A stretch of 64,000 bases of DNA from Okamejei kenojei (Eukaryota): contig CM069131.1 in the NCBI GenBank assembly GCA_035221665.1, positions 5,580,001 through 5,644,000 of the forward strand. Direction: 5' to 3'. Below the pieces are notes generated by a model. The model did no database searches, was not told the DNA's origin, and was given only the letters and a program-made list of their open reading frames with translations. Every line of letters begins with the position of its first letter. The first letter of the stretch is position 1. This document shows positions 40,201 to 52,200 of this stretch, piece after piece. Both the position numbers and the translations under genes were made by a program.

Positions 40201-43200
40201 GCAGGATAAACAGGTCCGAAATCATCAGCCCAAAATGCTAATTCTGTCGTTCGTTCTGTGGTTCTGCTGCCGAGTCTGCTGACTATTTCCAGAAGTTTAC
40301 TTTTAGTTCAGATTTTCCATCTGCAGCCTTTTGTTTTTCAACTAGTTTTGCTTCCTTTCTCATCCAAAAAGGTGATATGATTAAATAATTGGAGTTGTCC
40401 AACTTCTGTATTGTAAAGCTGAGGGCTAATTGCATCAGGCCCCCTCAGCTCAGCATATTCAGGAACCATCATTCAATTACAGTGCCCTCCATAATGTTTG
40501 GGACAAAGACCCATCGTTTATTTATTTGCCTCTGTACTCCACAATTTGAGATTTGTAATAGAAAAACTCACATGTGGTTAAAGTGCACATTGTCAGATAT
40601 TATTAAAGGCCATTTTCAGGGCACAATAATATTTGGGACACATGGCTTCACATGTGTGTGTAAATGCTCAGGTGTGTTTAATTGCCTCCTTAATGCAGGT
40701 ATAATGCAGGTCAGATTTTATTAAAGGGTATTTTTATACATTTTGGTTGCACCATGTAGAAATTACAGCAGTGTTTATACATAGTCCCCCCATTTCAGGG
40801 CACCATAATGTTTGGGACGTAGGGCTTCACAGGCGTTTGTAATGGCTCAGGTATGTTTAAATGCCTCCTTAATGCAGGTATAAGAGAGCTCTCAGCACCT
40901 AGTCTTTCCTCTAGTCTTTCCATCACCTTTGGACACTTTTATTGCTGTTTATCAACTTGAGGACCAAAGTTGTGCTAATGAAAGTCAAAGAAGCTATTAT
41001 GATACTGAGAAACAAGAATAAAACTGTTAGAGACATCAGCCAAACCTTAGGCTTACCAAAATCAACTGTTTGGAACATCATTACAAGGAAAGGGAGCACT
41101 GGTGAGCTTACGAATCAAAAAGGGGCTGGCAGGCCAAGGGAGACCTTCACAGATCTTCAGGAGTCAGGTGTGGATTTGTCAGTGACCACTGTCCGCAGAA
41201 GACTTAATGAACAGAAATACAGAGGCTACACTGTAAGATGCAAACCACTGGTTAGCCGCAAAAATAGGATGGCCAGGTTACAGTTTGCCAAGAAGTACTT
41301 AAAAGAGCAACCACAGTTCTGGAAAAAAGATTTTGTGGGCAAAAGCGTATATCATAATGATGGCAAGAGCAAAGTATGGAGGAGACTGTCCAAGATCCAA
41401 AGCATAACCACTCATCTGTGAAACACGGTGGTGGAGGTGTTATGGCCTGGGCATGTATGGCTGCTGAAGGTACTGGCTCACTTATCTTCATTGATGCTAC
41501 AACTGCTGATGGTAGTAACATAATTAATTCTGAAGTGTATAGACACATCCTATCTGCTCAAGTTCAAACAAATGCCTTAAAACTCATTGGCCGGTGGTTC
41601 ATTCTACAGCAAGACAATGATCCCAAACATACTGCTAAAGCAACAAAGGAGTTTTTCAAAGCTAAAAAATGGTCAATTCTTGAGTGGCCAAGACAATCAC
41701 CCGATCTGAACCCAATTGAGCATGTCTTTTATATGCTGAAGAGAAAACTGAAGGGGACTAGCCCCCAAAACAAGCATAAGCTAAAGATGGCTGCAATACA
41801 GGCCTGGCAGAGCATTACCAGAGAAGACACCCAGCAACTGGTGATGTGCATGAATCGCAGACTTCAAGCAGTCATTGCATGCAAACAATATGCAACAAAA
41901 TACTAAACATGACTACTTTCATTAACATGACATTGCTGTGTCCCAAACATTATGGTGCCCTGAAATTGGGGGGACTATGTATAAACACTGCTGTAATTTC
42001 TACATGGTGATACCAAAATGTATAAAAATGGCCTTTATTAAAATCTAACAATGTGTATTTTAACCACATGTGGTTTTTTCTGTTACAAATCTCAAATTGT
42101 GACGTACAGAGGCAAATAAATAAATGATGGGTCTTTGTCCCAAACATTATGGAGGGCGCTGTAGATGTCATGTCCAGGACTGGAACAGAAGGCAAAGCCA
42201 GTCACCATCTGAACTTTCAGAGCTTCTGCTACTTGTGCACCGCCACGCACAGACGTGGCATCTGGAACATGCTGACTAGTGCACTACTGTCAGCCAACGT
42301 TTTCAATGGAAACAATGACGAAAACAATGTTATTATGGAGAAATGTTGTAGAAATGTTAAACTGCAGATACTGGTTTAAACCAAAGCTAGACACAAACTG
42401 TCGGAGTAACTCAGTGGGACAGGCAGCATCTCTGGAGGGAAGGAATAATGGGTGACGATTTGGGTCGCGACGTCTGAAGAAGGGTCTCAGTCCAAAACGT
42501 CACCCATTCCTTCTATCCAAAAATGCTGCCTGTCCCGATGAGTTAGTCCAGCAGTTTGTGACTATCTTCTGTTATTACTGTGAATACAGCTTAACTTCCC
42601 TTGCAGATAATGAGACAGAATCAGGTGTTTTCTGCAAAGACACTTTTAGATTCTATTTTCTCACATTTTTTGTACGTAGTGGAACGATAGCTTGAACAAT
42701 TTATGACTGAGCCCACTCTGACTATCGGTCATCGGTTTAGTCACCAAATAAAACAAATTACCGTCAGGTCTTTGAAGGGATGAAGTAATAACCCAAGAGG
42801 AAGTTTTGCTTTGTTCAGCAACGCCTGCGTTTGAGGAACATTCATCAGGGTGCACCGGAATAAGCTGAGATCAAGGAAATAGCATCAAATTAATTAAAAA
42901 AAGCAAGTATACACCATTATAAATAGTCATAAAATACCTTACTCAATTTAAATTTTCAATTTTGTATTTAAACTAATGCACCCGCTAAGTGAAAAGCAAG
43001 GTATACTAAAGGTGCGCCAACATCTCGAAACACACCACAGTATACATTGACAGCGCCGAATTAGAGATGGTCGAAAACTTCAGCTTCTCAGGAATAAATA
43101 TCGCTAGCAATTTGTCCTGGATCAGCCACAACAAAGCAATGGCCACGAACGCACACCAATGCCTCAACTTCCTCAGAAGGCTTAGGAAGTTTGGCGAGTC

Positions 43201-46200
43201 CCCAACTACTTCAACAACAATGCGCCGTAGAAAGCATTTTATCGGGATGCAGTTTGGGAACAGCTCCATACAAGGCCGTAAGAAATTGTAGAGAGTTGTG
43301 GACATAGCCCAGACCATCACGCAAACCAACCTCCCTTGCATTGACTCCATCTACACTTCACGCTGCCTCGGTAATGTCACCAGCATAATCAATTACCAGT
43401 CTCAACCCGGTCACTCCCTCTTCTCCCCTCTCTCATCAGGCAAAGAAGTACAGATGTTTGAAAACATCTCCAGATTCAGGGACAGTTTCTTTCCAGCTGT
43501 TATTAGGCAACTGAATTGTCTTCTCTCCAGCCCAAGTGTAGTACTGACCTCCTGTCTATCTCACTGGAGACCTTTGAACTATCGTCAATCGGACTTTAGC
43601 TTGCACTAAATGTACCCTTTATCGTTCCTGTGGACAGCCTATTGTAGTCTTCTCTTTGTCTGGATAGCATGCAACAAAATATTTTCACTGTACCTCTCTC
43701 AGAGAGAGCAGAATGATAGCCCTGTCCCACGGTGCGAGTTCATTCAAGTGCTCTCCCGAATTTAAAAAAATCAAACTCGTGGTAAGCACGGAGAATGAAC
43801 GTAGCGGGTACGTCGGAGCTCGGGGATGCCTCTTAGCGGTTCGTAACGCTAACGGCAGGTACTCGGGAAGACTCGCTAACAGCAGGTAAGCACGGGAAGA
43901 CTCGTGAAGATTTTACAACACGTTGAAAAATGTCCACGAGAGCCCCGAGTACTGACGAGTGGCCATTACCGTAAATCTCCGAGTCCGAATGAGGGCAAAC
44001 TCAGGAGAGCTTTTGGAATGAACTCGCACCGTGGGACAGGGCTATAAGTTTAGTGAAGATCAGTGAAGGAGAGTGGGGCACTATTTTGTGTCAGACCAAT
44101 TAATGTATTGCTTATCCTGAACATGCAGATACGCACGAGTGAAAACAAGTTTTGTAAAATGGGCGATTTTCTCGGAAAACAAAATCTTGTTTGAACATTG
44201 AGGTTTGCAGGAAGACTATTCATTTTCTCATTTCAAATCAAATATCACATCTAGAAATTTACAGTGCTGAATGAAATCTTCCATGCTTAGATCAACTAGG
44301 ATGTAGAAAAGTGCAGCACAAGACAAGGCCCTTCAGCCCACAAGATGGACACAAAATGCTGGACCAGTTGGATGAGTCCAGAACTAGGGGGCCACAGTTT
44401 AAGAATAAGGAGTAAGCCATTTAGAACGGAGACGAGGAAACACTTTTTCTCACAGAGAGTGGTGAGTCTGTGGAATTCTCTGCCTCTGGAGGCGGGTTCA
44501 CTGGATGCTTTCAAGAGAGAGCTGGATAGGGCTCTTAAAAATAGCGGAGTCAGGGGATATGGGGAGAAGGCAGGAACGGGGCACTGATTGGGGATGATCA
44601 GCCATGATCACATTGAATGGCTCGAAGGGCCGAAAGGCCTACTCCTGCACCTGTTGTCTATTGTATAGCTCGCATCCCCGGGGCTGGGTGCAGTTCCCAG
44701 GTCGCGAAAACGAATTGAAAAAAGATACGCCTGCGGGCTGGATGATTTTGGGTTACGGGACGGATCCGGCCCGTGGGCCGTAGGTTGCTGACCCCTGCTG
44801 TAATGGAACCACATCCAATACTCTAAATGCAGCCTAACCAAAGTCCTATAAAGCCGCATCATGACTTCCTGACTCTTACACGCTATGCCCCAACCTACAA
44901 AAGCAAGCATAGCATGCCTTCTTTACCATCCTATCCACTTGTATTGCCACTTTCTGGGAGTTATGGCTTCGGATCCTACGATCCCTCTGTACATCTAGTT
45001 TGTAGAGAAATCTTTCGCAGAGTTGAGGAAATTTCACTCCCAACAAAAATCATCTAGAACACAGCAGTTACTTAATTTTTGTAATTATATTTTTAATTGG
45101 ACTTAACCAAGCATATCAATTTGAATGTGAAGCACACCAAAAATAATGGATGTCACGAGACATCCATGCCTTCAGGGTTAGTTAGAGAGCAAAATACACA
45201 ACGACAAACATTACAACATCGAGATTTTATCCCCCCACTCCCCCTTGGAGTATCACAGCTGTAACTAAAAGGCTTTGGAAATATAACCAGCACGCAAATT
45301 GGAGGAACAGCACCTCATATTTTGCTTGGTCAGCTTACACCCCAGCAGTGTGAACATCCACTGCTCTAACTTCAAATAGCCCTTGCTTTCCCTCTCTCTC
45401 CATCCCTCCCCCTTCCCAGTTCTCAGACCAGTCTTAAGGCCCTGTCCCACTTTCCCGAGTTACTCACAAACTCTCCCGAGTTTTCCCCTTGTTTCGAACT
45501 CGGGGAATGTCGGTAGCGAGCTCGTAGGAGTCCGTAGATGTTTCGTAGCGGCTCGTAATGCCAGCCGTAGGAACTCGGGGCATCAGGTAAGTCGGGACGT
45601 TTTTTCAACATATTGAAAAATGTCCACGAGTTAAAAAAATAGCCCCGAGTACCTACGAACGGCTATTACCGTAATTCTCCGAGTTCGAATCAATGGGAAA
45701 ACTTGGAAGAGTTCGTGCATAACTCGGGAAAGTGGGACAGGGCCTTTACTGTTTACAACTACATTTGATCTGTTTGCTTTGTTGTTAGCTTCTCCTGGCT
45801 AACAATGGTCGATTCTACATTTCACACCATATCTATGTATCTCCCTCTCCCCTGACATCAGTCTGAAGAATGGTCCCGACCTGAAACATCACTCACCCCT
45901 TCTCTCCAGAGATGCCGCCTGCCCCGCTGAGCATTTACTCCAGCATTTTGTGTCTAACCACAGATCTTAAATTGGTTGATAACAGTGGTATCTACTCTAA
46001 GGGTCTAATAGCTGCAACTCAAAGAAAATGCAAACAGCAGCTGTGCAAATACAGATTTGCCAGCAATGAAGAATTAACTATTTCATGATTTTAAAATTGC
46101 AACATCTTTAGATTGAAGCAGAACATAAAAAATACACAACCTGAATGAAATACAGCAACTTAGTCTCAGGTAACATGATATTGATAAGGATAAATGCCCA

Positions 46201-49200
46201 TGGAAACATATTTTATTAAGCATACACAGATCTGTGGGTAACAAACTTACTCTGGATTGCAATTAAGCTTTCTTAATTCTGGACTTAAATTGTATTGAGG
46301 GCTCTGGATAGGAACAGGTGGAAGAATATTCCGCTCTTGAAGAAGATTGACTTGCTTCAGAGCTTCAGCCTGCTGCTTATTCTGAAATGATAGTCCCTCC
46401 ATGGATGATGACAGCTGATTCATGTTAGAAAAAGGCTGCAATTACAAAAAGCAAAGATTCGCCTCTGGTTAGGCATGTATATCCTTTTATCCTTCATTAA
46501 AACATGCCAATGAGCAAAGATTTTCAATAATTTTTAATTAAACTAAGAAAGAAAATTTTCATATTAAGAAAATCTGCAGAAGATCCAGTTTCCTAACATC
46601 CTTAAATTTGCCAATTTGGAAAAGGGATTTTGCTATTAAAACTGAAAGATCATTTAACAAATTAAATGAACAAATTAACCGGAACCATGAAAAGAATTTT
46701 AATTTCTTAAATTTTTGTACATTTGTACATCCTTGTACATTTTACAAGAAGTTGCTAGCAACTTGATTTTACAAGAAATGCTCAAAACTGATTAAGGTTA
46801 GCACAACATATATCTTACTGGAACAACCATTTTAGATGGTAAATGTTATCTTAATTTCATATCTGATTTCTCTTTTGAAGGTTAGTGTCAGTGTCTGACA
46901 GGAAATTAAGTGCAGGCTTCCAAACCTTCAACTGGCAAACTACTACAGTATTTCCATATCATATCCACACCCAACTACAACATTGTGGGGGCTATGTTGG
47001 GTGGGGCAAACATAAAAGGCGAGTGAGTAAAGTTAAGAGTAGGCTTAAGGGCCTGTCCCACTGTACGAGGTAATTCAAGAGTTCTCCTGAGTTTCCCCTG
47101 ATTCAAACTTGGGGAATTACGGTAATAGCCGCTCGTAGGTACTCGGGGCTCTCGTGGACAGTTTTCAACATGTTGAAAAATCTTCACGAGCTTACCGCGT
47201 TTCCCGAGTACTGCCGTTAGCGTTACGAGCCGCTAAGATATGGCCCGAGCTCCGATGTACCCGAAGTTTGATTTTTTTTTTAAACGAGTTTGATTTTTTT
47301 TTTAAACTCGGGAGAGCTCTTGAATTACCTCGTACAGTGGGACAGGCCCTTTAGTTAAAACAGTTAGGTTTATAGCGGCCCTACCTGTGTAAACTGCTGA
47401 ATTCCTGGTGGATGTCCTGGACCTGTGGGCTGCCTCGCAGAGTGCAAAGGAGAAGCTACCTTCAGGTAGGGTGGTTGGAGAATTGGAAATGCTTCACCAT
47501 ATTGCTTAGTAGTCATCGATAAACTTGGATCAGTTGCAGCAGGGGCTTTATTGTCTGAAGATGTCAAGTCTGCAAACATTTGAAAGTGGAATGTATAATT
47601 GTTAAAGTAAAGGGTGAGCTCGCATTTCTGCAGCAGCTTTCACAATTTCAGTACACCCCAAAAAATTTCAACCACCAACTAACAACTTCTCAAATACAGT
47701 GAGGACAACAAGTACTGGAGTAACTCAGCAGGTCATGCAGCATCTCTGGAGAACATAGATAGGTGATGTTTCGGGTCGGGACCCTTCACCGGTCTGAAGA
47801 AGGGTATCAACCTGAATATCACCTATCCATGTTATCCAGAGATGCTGCCTGACCTGTTGAGTTACTCCAGCATTTTGTGTTCATTTGTGTATTAGCCAGC
47901 CTCTGCAGTTCTTTGAAATACAGTATTTGCTGTGATATAACCAAATGTGCTGGCCAAGTTATAAATAGAAATGCGCTAGTGTAAATTAATTTGTTATGAT
48001 GTATTAAGTGCTCATAACACTTTTGTGTTTTCTTTAACTGATTAGGGATATTCAGTATGGTTTCGTCTCTATGGCAAATCACATCTCACAAATTAGCCTG
48101 CGTTTCTTGAAGAGATAACGAAGAGGATTGATGAGGGCAAGGTGGTAGACGTTATCTAATCAACTTTAACAAGGTATTGACAAAATTGTACATGGTAAGT
48201 TGGTTCAGGAGGTTGGAACACAAGGGATACAGGGTGATGATAGACAAAAGACAATAGGTGCAGGAGTAGGCCATTCGGCCCTTCGAGCCAGCACCGCCAT
48301 TCAATGTGATCATGGCTGATCATCCCCAATCAGTGCCCCGTTCCTGCCTTCTCCCCATATCCCCTGACTCCGCTATCTTTAAGAGCCCTATCTAGCTCTC
48401 TCTTGAAAGTATCCAGAGAACCGGCCTCCACTGCCCTCTGAGGCAGAGAATTAACAAATTGGATGTAAAATCGGTTTGATGACAGAAAGCAGAAGATGTA
48501 TTGGAAGGTTACGGTTCCAGATTGGAGGACTGTCATCAGTGTTATGCTGCAAGGATTGGTGCTGGGTCTTCTGTTAGTTCTCATATTTATTAACAATTTG
48601 AATGAAACAGTAGGTGGCCAGTAGTCTGTTTCCCATGGTAGGGGTATTTAAAACTAGAGATTTAAGATGAGAGGGAGGAGATTTATAGGGAATTCAGGGA
48701 TAAATAGTTTAAATAGTAGTTGGTGTTTGGAATAAGCTGGCAGAGAAGGTGGTGGAGGCAGGAACATTAACAGCGTTTAAGAGTCATCTGAACAGGTACT
48801 TGAATGAGCAGGACAAAATCATGAGAGGAATAGATCGGGTAAACGCACAGAATCTTTTGCCCAGAATAGGGGAATCGAGAACCAGAGGACATAGGTTTAC
48901 GGTTAGTGGGGAAGATTTAATGGGAACCTGAGGGTTAACTATTTTTTACACAAAGGGTGGTGGGTATATGCAACAAGCTGGCGGAAGTGGTAGTTGAGGC
49001 AGGTACTATTGCAACATTTAAGAAATATTTAGCCAGGTACATGGATAGGGTAGGTTGTGAGATCGATGGGCCTAAAGCAGGCAGGTGGGACTCGTATAGA
49101 TGGGGCATGTTGGTCGGCATGGGTAACTTGGGCCGAAGGGCCTATTTCCATGCTGTATGACTCTATGACTTTAAGATGGAGAGGGATATGGAATTAATGC

Positions 49201-52200
49201 AGGCAAGTGGGATTAGAGTCAATGGGCATGAGGGTCGGTATGATGTAGCTGGTGAAAGAGACTGTTTCTATGCTGTGCAAGTCTATATTCCAGCTGCACT
49301 TTATTCTCAATTTGCAAATGTCATTTCCATGAATTCAGTAGAAGCAAATTTACGAGTTAAAGTACAATGCATAGCCATTACAATATTGTTCAGTGCATAA
49401 GCAACTGCGGACAAATTTCTGCCCTCTGTGACTGAAGTCCAGCTTTATGGTACCGAGTTTCTTTACATATTTATATTGTCGAGCATTTTCAGTGCATTGC
49501 TTCCTCCTTAACCAATTTATTTGGATAAACAGAGCTGCATTGCACTGAGTGTTAAGGAAAGGTTGAAGGTGCACTTCGCATTAATCCTAACTGTCTAACG
49601 TTGTTAACTTTTCAGTTAAATTGATTTCTTAAAATACTTCCAAGTTTTTTGGTAAATAATGGGATTAACTATAGACAACATACACTTAGAAATAAATGCT
49701 CTAATTTGTGTTTGGAAAACTGCACAATTCTTTGCAATTGATGCCTTCTGCAAATAAATAATAAAGTCACCTTGATTATTTCCCCCTTCCAAACTATCGT
49801 AGTTGTTGGGAAGTGACGTGTTGGTGGAAGATGATGTCGAGGAGGAAGAGTCCATGCCTAAAAGAAAATCAAAACATGTCACACACTTACAGCGAAAGAT
49901 CTAAGCATGTTTGGAACTAAAATGGTGAAATAAGGTGTGTGAAACTTTTCTCAATACACTTGGTTTCACAAAGTAGCATCCGCTCATCAGTATTAATATC
50001 ATTTTATTTACGTTTTCAAATGCTTGTAGCCCATAAAAAATGGATGGATTTCACAGTAAAGTGTTTGGCGATGTGGTGGCATTGGTCTCACCGATGTAAA
50101 GGAGGCCACATCGAGAGTACCAAATCCAATAGAGGAAGTTGGAGGCAGTGCATGCAATCGTCTGTCTCATCTAGCAAGTCCTGCTGGGATCCCGGAAAGG
50201 AGGTCAGTGAGGAGGTATGGGGCGAGGTGTGAAACCGTCTGCGGCTGCAGGGGAAAGTGCCTGGAAGGGTGGGGGCGGGGAGAGCTTATGGGAACCAAGG
50301 AGTCACGGAGGGAGTGGTCTCCGTGGAAAGTAGAAAGAGGTGGGAATGGCAAGATGTGACTGGTGGGGAGAATGCGATGAAGCTGGCGGAAATGTCAGCA
50401 AATTAATTATATGTTGTATTTGGAGTCTGATGGGGCGAAAGGTAGTAATCTGTGGAACTCTATCCCTGTTCTGTCTGGGGATGGGGGTGGGAGAAATGGA
50501 TATACTGGCGAGGGCTCTGCCTACAACTGTGGGGTGAGAGGTGGGGTCCAGGGGGAACATTGCTTCCTGAAGAAAAAGCTCAGTTGTCCAAGAGTGGAAA
50601 ATCCAGAGTAGAAAGCCTCATTGTGAGAGCAGATGGGAGGAGGCGGACATAAAATGCTGGAGTAACTCAGCGGGTGAGGCAACATCTCTGGAGAGAAGGA
50701 ATGAGCGACGTTTCGGGTCGAGACCCTTCTTCGGTCTGATGGGAGGAGGTGCAGTCAAGGCAGTGATGTGGGAGTCTGTGGGTTTGTGGTCGATGCCTGT
50801 GGGTAATCTGTCTCCTGAAATGGAAACAGAGAGATCAAGAATGGGAAGAGAGTTATCAGAGATGGTCCAAGCGAATGTACGGGGAAGGTGGACATTGGTG
50901 CTGAAGTTGATTAACATGATGAGTTCGGAGGCAGGAGGCAGCCCCATTGCTATCACCGATGCACCGGAGAAAAAGGTTGGCGAGTGGTGGTGCCAGGGTA
51001 CATTTGAAGCAAACTGTACAGCTTAGCCACAGAAAGAGAGGCATGGCAGGGGCCTTTATGCATCGGCAGTCTCTCGTGCCTCCACAGAATTTGATTGCTC
51101 TGTCAACTGATTCCAGCGATCCTTCTGTTGTTGGCCACAATTGGGTCATTTTTACAATTGTGGTTTTATGTGAGAGAAAACAAATGACCATTGTAGCTCC
51201 TACTTGTAGACCTTATATGTTAGCTGATGCAGTTCATGTTAACATTTATACGCAAGTGAAATATGAGGTGTTGTTCTTCCTCAATAGCACCTCACCTTCC
51301 GCTTACAAAGGTATGCACACTGAGTTCTCCAATACTGATTCTCCTCCCCTTTCCTTTCTTTCCCACTCCAATGCCCATACATTTCTCCCACCATCCCAGT
51401 CATCCTGCTCTTTTACCCTCCTCCCTACCCTCATCCCATCCCAGAGTCACATATTTCCCTTTTGTCACCCCATCCCCCCCATTTCCCCTCCCCCATTCCC
51501 TTTCACCCATATTTCTCCATCCAGCTTTACATTTCACTCTTTCTTTTCTATCCTTAGCTGACACTTTGTCTTGTTTTCATCACTAGTTTCCATCACTGCC
51601 AATCACCACCCTCCCTTCCTCACCTGTATCTACTTATGTCTCGACCCGAAACGTCACCCTTTGCTTCTCTCCGGAGATGCTGCCTGTCCTGCTGAGTTAC
51701 TCCAGCATTTTGTGTCTACTTGTCACCTGCCAGGCTTTGCCTCACCCTCGCTGTCCTTTCTCCTCTACTCCGTCAGCCTGAAGGAGTGTCCCAACTCGTC
51801 CGACCATTCCCTCCACAGAGGCGGTCTTATCTGCTGAGTTCCTCCAGTACTTTGTTTTTTTGCTCAAGATCCCAGCAGCTGAAGTTTCTTGTGTTTCTAA
51901 TCAGTCCAGTACTCTCCATATGGCAAGAACATCCTTTCCCAGATAAGTGAATTAGAGCTGTACACCAAATTCCTAATAGCATCTTACCAAGGCAATGTGC
52001 AGCTGAAGCAAGACATCCTTGCTCCTGTAATCAAATCCTGTTTCAATGAAGGCGAATTTATCATTTGTTTTCCTGGAGACTTGCTGTGGATACTAAATAT
52101 TTGCTATCAGCAAACTAGTGTAGGGCACCAAGGTGCTGTCACCATTTAGATAAGTATATCTCTTTGTTTTTAGAAGCAAATTGGAAAATCTCACATTTAT

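Noticed and set aside
40942-41906. Active Tc1 transposase
   Set aside because: Frameshifted, internally deleted, and the first catalytic Asp region is lost.
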